Shown here: positions 1 through 8,821 of the stretch, piece after piece | How the letters are laid out: every line of letters starts with the position of its first letter | Numbering within the stretch: position 1 is the first letter of the stretch | From: an uncultured Syntrophaceae bacterium | Lineage (GTDB): Bacteria > Desulfobacterota > Syntrophia > Syntrophales > UBA5619 | Assembly: GCA_964637025.1 (NCBI GenBank) | Contig: CAZWTL010000007.1 | Span: 5,112-69,111, forward strand | Reading direction: 5' to 3' | DNA: 64,000 bases | The notes under the pieces: generated by a model | Told to the model about the DNA's origin: nothing | The model's database searches: none | Seen by the model: only the letters and a program-made list of their open reading frames with translations | Program-made: the position numbers and the translations under genes

Positions 1-20
1 CGTGATGACTACCCTTCGCC

Positions 21-566
21 TCATCCTTTGACTTCCTTCGCCATTTCTTCCCTTTCCTGCTGGAGAGGGACGTTTGTATTGTCCTTCTGGAAAAAACGCC
101 TCCGCGGAATCCCTTTCCCGGCCAATATCCCGGAGCAGACCACTTCGCCATCGGGCCGCGCCATGGTGACGGCAACCTTGAGCTGGTTTCCGCGAAAATA
201 AACCTTTTTGCCTCTAATGAAGACCCGCTCGCCGGGGTGAACCATTCCGGTGAACTCCACGCTGTCCGCCAGGGTAAAGAGGGTAACGGTATCCGCCATG
301 TCCTGCGTCCGCTTTTCATCGAGTGCGGCCAGGTACAGGCCAAAGGCCACGACGCCGGTTTGGGCCATGGTCTCCACGAGGATCACCCCCGGTGTGATCG
401 GCAGACCCGGGAAATGGCCTTCATAGAAATACTCGTCCTCGCGAAACCGATAGGCGCCCACGATATGCTCCCCGTCCATCTCCAGGATTTCGTCGACGAA
501 GCGGAAAGGGGATTGCTGGGGAACATGATCGAGGATCCGGCGGCAAGTATCGCGGTCAGCCTCCAT
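21..566 (-). CDS. hotdog-fold 3-hydroxyacyl-ACP dehydratase (FabZ-like)
   Basis: 181-aa ORF with FabZ-type motif [24 protein letters not shown]. Its start overlaps the stop of the upstream fabG-like gene by 11 nt. Confidence 0.8.
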   Translation of the reverse strand: MEADRDTCRRILDHVPQQSPFRFVDEILEMDGEHIVGAYRFREDEYFYEGHFPGLPITPGVILVETMAQTGVVAFGLYLAALDEKRTQDMADTVTLFTLADSVEFTGMVHPGERVFIRGKKVYFRGNQLKVAVTMARPDGEVVCSGILAGKGIPRRRFFQKDNTNVPLQQEREEMAKEVKG

Positions 567-1284
567 AAAGGCCTCCGTTCACATGAACGACGGAACCGGT
601 CATATAGGATCCTGCGGTCGCCAAAAAAACCACCACCTCGGCGACCTCCTCCGGCCGTCCCATTCGCCCCAGAGGCACGCGGCCCAGGACGTCCGTCCGG
701 ACCTCATCAGGAAGGCGCGCCGTCATTCCGGTGTCAATGAAACCGGGGGCCACGGAATTGATCAGGATGTTTCTGCCGGCCAATTCCAGGCAGAGGGATT
801 TCGTCATCGCGTCCAGGGCCGCCTTTTCCATGGCGTACGGGATCTGGCCGCCGTTGCCGGTATGGCCGACGACGCTTGAGATGTTGATGATCCGGCCGCT
901 GCCGGTGCGGAGCATGAACTGGCGCAGGATCCGCTTTGTCAGCAGCCAGCCCCCCCTGAGTGTGGAACGTTGGGCGTCGAACTGCTCGATTCGCATCCGC
1001 TGCATGTCCAGATCGAGGGAAAATCCCGCATTGTTGACCAGAACGTCGAGGCGGTCCGTTGTCCCCTTGAGCTGTTCCATCATCGCCTCCACCTGATCGA
1101 TGTCCGCCAGGTCCGCTGAAAGCAGGAACCCGTTGCCGATCTCGGCGAGCAATGCTTCGGCAGCCGCGGCGCTCGAACGGTAATGGATGCCCACACGAAA
1201 GCCACTGGCCGCCAGCATGCGCACGCAGGCCGCCCCGATTCCCGTGCCGCCTCCGGTTACGACCGCCACTTTGTCCTGGTTCAT
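556..1284 (-). CDS. fabG: 3-oxoacyl-ACP reductase (SDR family)
   Basis: 242 aa. Has the TGGGTGIG Rossmann motif, a YAMEK (YxxxK) catalytic motif and a C-terminal VNGG. Confidence 0.85.
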   Translation of the reverse strand: MNQDKVAVVTGGGTGIGAACVRMLAASGFRVGIHYRSSAAAAEALLAEIGNGFLLSADLADIDQVEAMMEQLKGTTDRLDVLVNNAGFSLDLDMQRMRIEQFDAQRSTLRGGWLLTKRILRQFMLRTGSGRIINISSVVGHTGNGGQIPYAMEKAALDAMTKSLCLELAGRNILINSVAPGFIDTGMTARLPDEVRTDVLGRVPLGRMGRPEEVAEVVVFLATAGSYMTGSVVHVNGGLYGG

Positions 1285-1346
1285 CGTTTCCCCTTCTCAC
1301 ATTTCATTGCCAGTCACCCCGCATCCCCGGGGATCGCCCCCGACCT

Positions 1347-1937
1347 TTACGGATCCATCCGTCCTCCGGTGCTGTTGGGCGAACGGCGCGGATAGTCCGG
1401 ATAGGCGATGCCCTGGAAAAGGCCTGTCCGGGCGCCACGGACCTCCGCGATCTCCTGTCCATCCACCAGGATGCAGCCATCGCCGATAACGATGCTCGCC
1501 TTCGATTTCTGAAGATGTGTCAAGCGCCGTACGTTGACTTCATAACGCACGAGGCGGTTGAACGGCCTGACCTGACCGCTGAAATTCACCTCGCCGCAAC
1601 CCAGGGCCCGTCCCGAACCGATTCCACCCTGCCAAACGCAGTAGAAACCCAGGAGCTGCCAGACGGCGTCCAGGGACAGACAACCGGGTTGGACCGGATC
1701 GGACGGCATGTGGCACTGGAAATACCAGGCATCGATTCGGATCTCCTGCTCCGCGACGATCCTGCCCTGATGGCCGTCAGCGCTGATCTCAACGATTCGG
1801 TCCAGCATCAGGAAGGGGGGGGCCGGCAGACGGGCCGTGAAGCCTTCGGGGGGATCGTCCACCAGCGTCCCGTAGGAAAAGGCGAGCAGTTCTTCAAGTC
1901 CGAAGTGCGAGGCACTCTTGAATTCGCTGTAATTCAT
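1347..1937 (-). CDS. fabA: 3-hydroxyacyl-ACP dehydratase/isomerase, FabA-like
   Basis: 196 aa. LPAPPFLMLDRIV and WYFQCHMPSDPVQPGCLSLDAVWQLLGFY closely match the FabA active-site region (His and Asp retained). ATGA overlap with the upstream KASIII stop. Confidence 0.8.
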   Translation of the reverse strand: MNYSEFKSASHFGLEELLAFSYGTLVDDPPEGFTARLPAPPFLMLDRIVEISADGHQGRIVAEQEIRIDAWYFQCHMPSDPVQPGCLSLDAVWQLLGFYCVWQGGIGSGRALGCGEVNFSGQVRPFNRLVRYEVNVRRLTHLQKSKASIVIGDGCILVDGQEIAEVRGARTGLFQGIAYPDYPRRSPNSTGGRMDP

Positions 1938-2923
1938 CCGTTCTTCTCCACAGCCAACAGCAGGTTGGCCCAGGTAAGCCCTGCGCCGACCAGACAGATT
2001 CCCACATGCATGCCAGGCTGAAGATCATCCCAATGTGCGCTCAACACGGAGGCTGCCCCGGAGCTTCCCGTATTCCCGAAGCGATCCACGTTGAACCAGT
2101 GATGCCCCTCCGGGAGCTCGGCCCGATCGCAAACGGTCCGTAGCGCTCCCAGATTCGCCTGATGGCCGATAAATCGAAATCCCTGCCCGTTCGTCCGCAT
2201 CGATTTGATGCCCTGCAGCGACTCCGTCATTCGCCGGATGGCGAATCCCTGGACGGCGTGTCCGTCCTGGCGAAAATGGGCGCCGTAGGCGACCGTCACC
2301 CTCCTCCATTCTGCGGCGTTGGTTCCGCAGTGGGATTCGACGAAGGCCAGTCGCGTCGGCACCGCCGCGGATAGAACAGCGGCGGTGCTTGCATCGCCGA
2401 ATAGAACGGCCGCCGATCGGTCGCTGAAGTCGACCGCGCGGGTGATCGCCTCCTGCTGAACGACGAGTACGAAGGGCGGTAACCTGTCCAACGCCATCCG
2501 GTTCAGAAGATCGATCTGGACCCCGAAGGTCGTGCAGGCGGAATTGACGTCCAGGCATGGGGCTTCGATTCCCAACTGCGCTGCCACGACGGCCGACTCC
2601 GCGGGCGTCGTGTAGGATGGGACGCTGCTTCCCGAGATGACCAGGCCGATGTCCGAGGGGCTCAGGCCCGCCCGGTCCATGGCCATCCGCGCCGCCGCTA
2701 CGCTCATCTCGGCATTGCTGTAGAGGCTCGCCTCATGGGCAGCCCGAGGCTCACGGTTTCTCGTTTTCCGGATGTAGTCCAGGGGGAGCACGGTCCGGCG
2801 TTCGCGGATTCCCACCCGTTCCATGATCCACTCCTCGTCCGTTCCGATCTCCAATTCCGCCAGGAATCGGTTCGTGATGACGTTTTCCGGATGAAAATGG
2901 CCGATGCCGTGAAGGTAAATCAT
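1934..2923 (-). CDS. 3-oxoacyl-ACP synthase III (KASIII/FabH-like)
   Basis: 329 aa. Cys-His-Asn triad contexts NSACTTFG, IGHQANLG and FGNTGSSG. Its start shares 1 nt with the ACAD stop. Confidence 0.8.
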   Translation of the reverse strand: MIYLHGIGHFHPENVITNRFLAELEIGTDEEWIMERVGIRERRTVLPLDYIRKTRNREPRAAHEASLYSNAEMSVAAARMAMDRAGLSPSDIGLVISGSSVPSYTTPAESAVVAAQLGIEAPCLDVNSACTTFGVQIDLLNRMALDRLPPFVLVVQQEAITRAVDFSDRSAAVLFGDASTAAVLSAAVPTRLAFVESHCGTNAAEWRRVTVAYGAHFRQDGHAVQGFAIRRMTESLQGIKSMRTNGQGFRFIGHQANLGALRTVCDRAELPEGHHWFNVDRFGNTGSSGAASVLSAHWDDLQPGMHVGICLVGAGLTWANLLLAVEKNG

Positions 2924-4122
2924 CAGATCAGCCCCCGACCGATGATCATGTTCTGCACCTCCCGGACCCCTTCATAAATGTCGATGATCTGGGCGTCGCG
3001 GATCAGCTTCGAAATCTCATATTCCGAGATGAACCCGTATCCGCCGTGGAGGTGCAATCCCTCGGTCGTGCAGAAGACGGCGGCCTCCGCGGCAAGGTTC
3101 TTCGCGAGCGATGCGTACAATCCGCGATCAGGGGCTCCCGTCTGGGCCAGAAAGGCCGCCTTCATCAGGGCCATCTCGGCCTGTTCCGTCTTCTTCCACA
3201 TGGCCACGAGGGTCTCGCGGGCGACCGGCATGTCGCTGATTCGCTGTCCGAACTGGCGGCGCTCCCGTGTATAGGACAGGGTGATATCCAGCGCCCGCCG
3301 CGCAAGACCGATACCGATGGCGGCCACCATCGGCCTTGCATAATCGAGGACATCGGTCAGATACCTAAAACCGAGTCTGCGGTCGCCGATGATCTGATCG
3401 TCATCGATCTCGACGTCCTCGAATGAAACGGTCGCCGTGTTGGAGAGGCGCTGTCCCAATTTGTCCTCAGGCTTGCCCGTCGCGATTCGACCCCCTGAGG
3501 GCAGGGTGATCTCTCGGCAGGCGCGGGAGGCGGTTTCTGCAGCACCCGGCTCCACGGCCGGAACGGGAACGACAACGCAGGCGATGAAAGGCGAAGCGGA
3601 TTTGCCCACCTTGCAGAATACGGTGAACTGTGATGCATAAGAGGCGTTCGTGATGAAACACTTCTCCCCGTTCAAACGATATTTCCCATCCTTTTCCTTG
3701 CGAATGGCGGTTGTCATGACGGAGTTGTCGGAACCCGCTCCGGGTTCCGTCAGACAGAAAGAGGCCAGCAGGGGCCGCTCCACGAACGGGGACAGGAAGG
3801 ATTGCTGCTGACTCTCGGTGCCGTGCATGGCGATCACCGCATTGGCCAAGTCGTTGCACATGGCCGATGTCGCGATGCCGCTGTCTCCATACGCCAGTTC
3901 ACGGATAATCAGGGCGGTTGAAATCAGGTCGATACGATAGCCCTTGACCGCCTCCGGGATGGAAAGATTCAGAATGCCGAGGTCCCATGCCTTCCGGATG
4001 ATGTCGAAGGGGAATGCGTGATCCCTTTCAAGGGCCATGATGCGGGGTGCGATTTCGCGGCCCACGAAACGGCGGACGGTTTCAAGGTATTGGTTCTGCT
4101 CTTCGCTGAGACTGAAGTCCAT
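2923..4122 (-). CDS. acyl-CoA dehydrogenase family protein
   Basis: ORF 2923..4224 trimmed to the ATG at 4122 (MDFSLSEEQ...), with GGAAAGG 8 nt upstream. ACAD fold with C-terminal IYEGVREVQ motif. Confidence 0.85.
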   Translation of the reverse strand: MDFSLSEEQNQYLETVRRFVGREIAPRIMALERDHAFPFDIIRKAWDLGILNLSIPEAVKGYRIDLISTALIIRELAYGDSGIATSAMCNDLANAVIAMHGTESQQQSFLSPFVERPLLASFCLTEPGAGSDNSVMTTAIRKEKDGKYRLNGEKCFITNASYASQFTVFCKVGKSASPFIACVVVPVPAVEPGAAETASRACREITLPSGGRIATGKPEDKLGQRLSNTATVSFEDVEIDDDQIIGDRRLGFRYLTDVLDYARPMVAAIGIGLARRALDITLSYTRERRQFGQRISDMPVARETLVAMWKKTEQAEMALMKAAFLAQTGAPDRGLYASLAKNLAAEAAVFCTTEGLHLHGGYGFISEYEISKLIRDAQIIDIYEGVREVQNMIIGRGLI

Positions 4123-4206
4123 CGGGAATGCCTTTCCAATCATCCTTCCGCACGCAGATGCGGATCCGGGGAATGACTTGTCAAATGGTTTCTTCAAGCA
4201 AGAAAC

Positions 4207-4221
4207 GCATGAAACGTGCCA
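4207..4221 (-). promoter_or_regulatory. sigma-54 (-24/-12) promoter candidate for the ACAD-KASIII-fabA-fabG-fabZ operon
   Basis: The minus strand reads TGGCACGTTTCATGC. The -24 element TGGCACG is perfect, the GG-N10-GC spacing is exact, and the -12 element is ATGC versus TTGC. It sits about 85 nt upstream of the ACAD ATG. Confidence 0.55.
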
Positions 4222-4348
4222 CAATGACCATTGGAGAGGGACGTTTACAAAAAAATGAACAGTGGACTGACGTTGGCTTCGATACGCACCCGTGGCGAGT
4301 CGCCGTTCGGCCCCGTGAGATGGCGTCCGGATGCGTAAGAGCGGGTTG

Positions 4349-4372
4349 GGGTGCGTAGTACGTTACGCACCC
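4349..4372. promoter_or_regulatory. perfect 9-bp inverted repeat GGGTGCGTA-N6-TACGCACCC (candidate enhancer/UAS)
   Basis: Read directly from the sequence. It lies about 130-150 bp upstream of the sigma-54 promoter at 4221, in the divergent region between the ACAD and HK genes. An extra TGCGTAA half-site occurs at 4332. Confidence 0.4.
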
Positions 4373-4407
4373 GGCCTGCCTTGACTTCACAGGGATGATT
4401 ACGATAT

Positions 4408-5904
4408 GTGCAATGCATGGAAATTTTCATGCTGACGGCGGTAGGAATAACCCTGTCCGTCGCATTGATCATCAACAAGAAGAGGGAGCCGCTGCACATC
4501 TCTTTCGCCGCGCTCTGTCTGGCGGTCGCCTTTTACGAGGGGGGCGTCTTCTTCAACCGGATGTTCCATACCGGGGGCTGGCTTCTTGTCGAACAACTGG
4601 GTCTTCTCGCCATTCCCCCCCTGATGATCAAATTCAGCCGCGATTTCTGCGAGGAGCAGACCCTGATCCGGAAACGCGATCTCGGCACCGCGCTGGTGTG
4701 CAGCGCAGGATTCGCAGCGGTTCTTTTCACGGCGGCCTCGGAATGGAGACACCTCGGGTTCTTCATGCATCTCTATGTGAAAGGTGTTTTTCTCCTGTGC
4801 TACGTTTCGTTGGTGGTCTATGCGAAGAAAAGGGCTGCCGGAGCGGAAAAGAAGCGACTTGTCTATCTCATCATTGCGGCCACCGCCGCCATCGCGAGCT
4901 ACTCCATTCCACCCCTGTTCAACCTGGTCGTTGCCGGGATGATCTATTTCATCATGATCGTGATCACCCACACCCATCTGACGGAGCTCCACGATCTCAT
5001 GGCGCGCGCCTTGGTGACGCTGGTCGTGTCCCTCTTCACGACCGTCGTATTTTACCTGGTCATCGGCTTTTTCGGAAAGGGGGACACCCCCCCGTTCACA
5101 CTCGTGCTGATGGTCTCCTTCATCATTGTCATCGCCATCGGACCCTTCCAGGTCATCCTGAAGAGGCTCCTGACCACGCTTTATCCTGAGATCAAGGACG
5201 TCTTCACTTCGCCCTATGATCTGGATGAAAAACTGGAGCGGGAGAAGGCGCTTCTGCTGGAAAAGATGGCTCCCGTTCTCGCGCACGAGATCCGGAATCC
5301 CCTCGGTTCGATCAAGGGGGCGGCGCAGGTGCTCCTGTCGGCGACGCAGGACAAGGATCAGCGCAGGCTTCTGGACGTGATTACCGAGGAGGCGAACCGT
5401 CTGAACCGGGTCGTTATGCAATTTCTCGATTATGCCCGCCCCTATCCGTCCGATTTCCGCCCGCGATCCGTCAATGCGGTCATTGAAAAGGCATTGGCCA
5501 TCGTCGAGGCCGACAGCATTTCAAGCCGCGTACATGTCCAGTTGGAGTTCCACCCCCATCTGCCTCCGGTGCTGATGGATCAGGAGCAGATCCACCAGGT
5601 CATCCTGAACATGGCCCTCAACGCCATCGAGGCGATGCAGGACGGCGGCACGCTGACTTTCCGGACATCCCGGATCGAGAGCGACGCCGGCGATGCCGTG
5701 GGAATATCCATCCGGGATACGGGTTCGGGGATCCAGCGCGATGTGCTGAAACAGATCTTTACCCCCTTTTTCACGACCAAGGAACGGGGGGTGGGGCTCG
5801 GCCTGGCGGTGTGCCAGCGGATTATCCGGAACCACGGCGGACGTATCCGCGTGAAATCCATCCCCGGACGGGGGACGATCTTCTATATTCGTCTTCCGGT
5901 TTGA
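4408..5904 (+). CDS. sensor histidine kinase with polytopic membrane N-terminal domain
   Basis: 498 aa. About 240 aa of hydrophobic multi-TM region is followed by the H-box LAHEIRNPLGS and HATPase_c motifs (DTGSGI, GLGLAV). Confidence 0.85.
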   Translation: MQCMEIFMLTAVGITLSVALIINKKREPLHISFAALCLAVAFYEGGVFFNRMFHTGGWLLVEQLGLLAIPPLMIKFSRDFCEEQTLIRKRDLGTALVCSAGFAAVLFTAASEWRHLGFFMHLYVKGVFLLCYVSLVVYAKKRAAGAEKKRLVYLIIAATAAIASYSIPPLFNLVVAGMIYFIMIVITHTHLTELHDLMARALVTLVVSLFTTVVFYLVIGFFGKGDTPPFTLVLMVSFIIVIAIGPFQVILKRLLTTLYPEIKDVFTSPYDLDEKLEREKALLLEKMAPVLAHEIRNPLGSIKGAAQVLLSATQDKDQRRLLDVITEEANRLNRVVMQFLDYARPYPSDFRPRSVNAVIEKALAIVEADSISSRVHVQLEFHPHLPPVLMDQEQIHQVILNMALNAIEAMQDGGTLTFRTSRIESDAGDAVGISIRDTGSGIQRDVLKQIFTPFFTTKERGVGLGLAVCQRIIRNHGGRIRVKSIPGRGTIFYIRLPV

Positions 5905-5963
5905 AAACTCCCGCTGAATCTGTTAGAGGCAAACCGGGACAGCCATGGGGCCACGGAGGGAGA

Positions 5964-7349
5964 ATGGAAATCACGAGGGAGCTGAGGGACAAGATCGGCG
6001 ACGGTTCGAAAAAAATGAAGATCCTTGTCGTGGATGACGAACTGAACATGCGGCTGGTCCTCAAGGCCATGTTGAAACAGGAGGGGTACGAAGTGGCCAC
6101 GGCTTCGGACGGCCTGGAGGCCCTGAAAATCATCCATGAGGAGAGGATCGCCGCGGTTGCGGCCGATCTCAAGATGCCGCGGCTCGACGGCATGGGACTT
6201 CTCGAACAGGTCATGAAGGACGATCCCTCCCTCCCTGTTATCATCCTGACTGCACACGGCACCGTGGCGAACGCCGTGGATGCCCTGAAAAAGGGCGCAT
6301 TCGATTATCTCACCAAACCCTTCGAACAGGATGAGCTCAAGGCGGTCATCCTGAAGGCGGTCAAGACGCGGCAATTCGGCGATCGGGAGATATCGATCGT
6401 AACAGGTGAGGGGGACGCCGGCGGAATCGTCGGAAAGAGCAGCCGCATGGCGGAGATCCATGACATCGTCCGGAAGGTCGCGCCCGCGGGGACCACGGTG
6501 CTCATCACGGGCGAGACCGGAACGGGAAAGGAACTGATCGCCCGTGCGATTCACCGCCAGAGTTCCAGAAAGGAGCACCCTTTCATCAAGATCAACTGCG
6601 CGGCCATTGCCGAAAATCTGGTGGAGAGCGAACTCTTCGGATACGAGAAAGGGGCTTTTACCGGCGCCGTCACCGCAAAGCCCGGAAAGTTCGAACTGGC
6701 CCACCGGGGAACCCTTTTCCTGGACGAGGTCGGAGAAATTCCGCGGGAGATTCAGGCCAAGCTCCTTCAAGCGCTGCAGGATCAGAGCTTCGAACGCGTC
6801 GGCGGCCTGAAGACGATATCGGTGGACGTCCGTCTGGTGGCGGCGACGAACCGGAATCTCCTGCAGGAGGTCCGGGAGGGAAAGTTCCGCGAGGACCTCT
6901 TCTACCGCCTGAACGTATTCCCGATAGAGGTTCCGCCGCTCCGTGAGCGGCCCGAGGACGTCCTGCCGCTGACCTCCCACTTCATCGGAAAATTCAACCG
7001 GAAACTGGGCCGGCAGATTGAGGGCATCGATCCGGAGGTCGGGGAGTGTCTCCTGGCCTACCCCTGGCCCGGAAACATCCGCGAGCTTGAGCATCTGGTC
7101 GAACGGATGATCCTGATGGAAGAGGGATCCCTGCTGACGATGGCGTCAGTGCCGAACGAGATCGCCCAGACCGCGCATGAGCCCAGGCTCAGGATCCACA
7201 TGGAGGAAACGGAACGACAGATCATCGCCCGCTGTCTCGATGAGTGCGACGGCAATGTCACCCGGACCGCGGAACGTCTGGGACTGAGCCGTAAAGGCCT
7301 TCAACTCAAGATGATCAAGCACCGCCTCCGCAAACGGGATGAGGAATGA
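5964..7349 (+). CDS. sigma-54-dependent response regulator (NtrC family: REC-AAA+-Fis HTH)
   Basis: ORF 5811..7349 trimmed to the ATG at 5964, preceded by GGAGGGAGA (alternative start 6015). REC (KILVVDDE), Walker [15 protein letters not shown] motif and a C-terminal HTH. Confidence 0.9.
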   Translation: MEITRELRDKIGDGSKKMKILVVDDELNMRLVLKAMLKQEGYEVATASDGLEALKIIHEERIAAVAADLKMPRLDGMGLLEQVMKDDPSLPVIILTAHGTVANAVDALKKGAFDYLTKPFEQDELKAVILKAVKTRQFGDREISIVTGEGDAGGIVGKSSRMAEIHDIVRKVAPAGTTVLITGETGTGKELIARAIHRQSSRKEHPFIKINCAAIAENLVESELFGYEKGAFTGAVTAKPGKFELAHRGTLFLDEVGEIPREIQAKLLQALQDQSFERVGGLKTISVDVRLVAATNRNLLQEVREGKFREDLFYRLNVFPIEVPPLRERPEDVLPLTSHFIGKFNRKLGRQIEGIDPEVGECLLAYPWPGNIRELEHLVERMILMEEGSLLTMASVPNEIAQTAHEPRLRIHMEETERQIIARCLDECDGNVTRTAERLGLSRKGLQLKMIKHRLRKRDEE

Positions 7350-7405
7350 CGATCGGCGAATCCGGCCGTTTGCTATTTGAGCAGGAATGCGGTAAGGATG
7401 CACCC

Positions 7406-8821
7406 ATGAAGACGAGGCCGTTCGAATATGCGGGAACCTATCAGGGGGTGGCCCTGATCGCCGATCCCATCCATCGGTACGCCTCCTTTACCGTTCCGGC
7501 AAGCGACAGCAGTGAGAAAACCGAAAAGGATCTGATCGACTCGCCTTGGCTGCAGCGCCTGCGACGAATTTATCAGCTCCAAAGCGCCCGTTGGGTCTAT
7601 CCGGCAGCGGAGCACACCCGTTTTCAGCATTCCCTGGGGACGATGCATGTCGCGGGAGAGTTCGGCCGCCACCTCTACCCCTCCCTGAAGGAGGTCTGCC
7701 CCGATGTGCCGTCACCGAACTGCGTGGAGGAGTTGCTGCGGGTTGCGGGTCTCCTCCACGATGTCGGTCACGGCCCCTATGGCCATTTCTTCGACGACCA
7801 CTACCTCGGCCAGTACGGTCTCACCCATGAGGATCTGGGCCGTTCGATCATCATCCGAAAACTCGGCAGAACGATCGCGGGGATCCGGAGAAGCCCCTCG
7901 GGGCCGTTTGCCGGAGGCGAATCGCTCGATCCGGAGGCCGTCGCCTTCCTGATCAAGATGCCGGTTGAACCTGAGGAGCGGAAACCGCGCTGGCTGGGGC
8001 TTCTCCGCCATCTCTTTTCCGGTATCTACACCGTGGACAATCTCGATTACGTTCAGCGGGACGCCTTCATGACCGGGTTCTCGCTTGACATCGTCGACAT
8101 CGCGCGGTTGCGTTTCTACACCTTCTTCACGAAAAAAGGGCTGACGCTCCACCAGGCCGGGGTTTCGGCCCTGAGCCGCTTTCTCAATGCCCGGCTCAAC
8201 CTCTATTCCAACGTTTACTTCCACCGGACCACCCGGGCGCTCGACCTCCATCTCCAGGAAATCTTTCGGGAGACGATGGACTTGATCCTTCCGAGCAGCC
8301 CTGCCGATGACCTGGAGCAATACCTGGACTGCGACGAATGGCGCCTTTTTGCCGAGGTTCGGTCTTGGCGCGTCAGCGACGATCCGCGTAAACGGACGCT
8401 CGGGCGGGAGTGGGAAAAGCTCCACCGCAGGGAGGTCAAGTGGAAGATGTCTTTTTCGGCGGAGCTTTCGATCGACCAGATCCAGAGAGGGACCCGTTTT
8501 GCCCCCGCGCCCGACTATGAGGAGCAGATCCGTTCGCAGCTTCCTCCGCCGCTGAGGAAAAAATCCTTTCGCGTCGATCTGGCGACTCAGGACCCAAGAC
8601 CGGTCAATCCCATGGCGGAGACGGACAAACGGGTGAACATCTTCGATCCGGCGACAGGGATGACCTCCCCCGAACCCCTGCGAGAGATCTACCGTTTCAT
8701 CCCGGCCAGGGTCGTTCATCTCCGGGTCTTTTCCAGGAACCACGACCACGACGAGATCCTCGCCCGGTCGGCGGAACGCATCCTCGGCGGCATGGACGGT
8801 GCTTCCCGGACGAACGTATGA
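7406..8821 (+). CDS. HD-domain phosphohydrolase, SAMHD1-like (putative dNTP triphosphohydrolase)
   Basis: Trimmed to the ATG at 7406 (TAAGGA upstream). HTRFQHSLGT, LLHDVGHGPYGHFFD and DNLDYVQRD follow the SAMHD1/dGTPase HD pattern. Confidence 0.75.
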   Translation: MKTRPFEYAGTYQGVALIADPIHRYASFTVPASDSSEKTEKDLIDSPWLQRLRRIYQLQSARWVYPAAEHTRFQHSLGTMHVAGEFGRHLYPSLKEVCPDVPSPNCVEELLRVAGLLHDVGHGPYGHFFDDHYLGQYGLTHEDLGRSIIIRKLGRTIAGIRRSPSGPFAGGESLDPEAVAFLIKMPVEPEERKPRWLGLLRHLFSGIYTVDNLDYVQRDAFMTGFSLDIVDIARLRFYTFFTKKGLTLHQAGVSALSRFLNARLNLYSNVYFHRTTRALDLHLQEIFRETMDLILPSSPADDLEQYLDCDEWRLFAEVRSWRVSDDPRKRTLGREWEKLHRREVKWKMSFSAELSIDQIQRGTRFAPAPDYEEQIRSQLPPPLRKKSFRVDLATQDPRPVNPMAETDKRVNIFDPATGMTSPEPLREIYRFIPARVVHLRVFSRNHDHDEILARSAERILGGMDGASRTNV

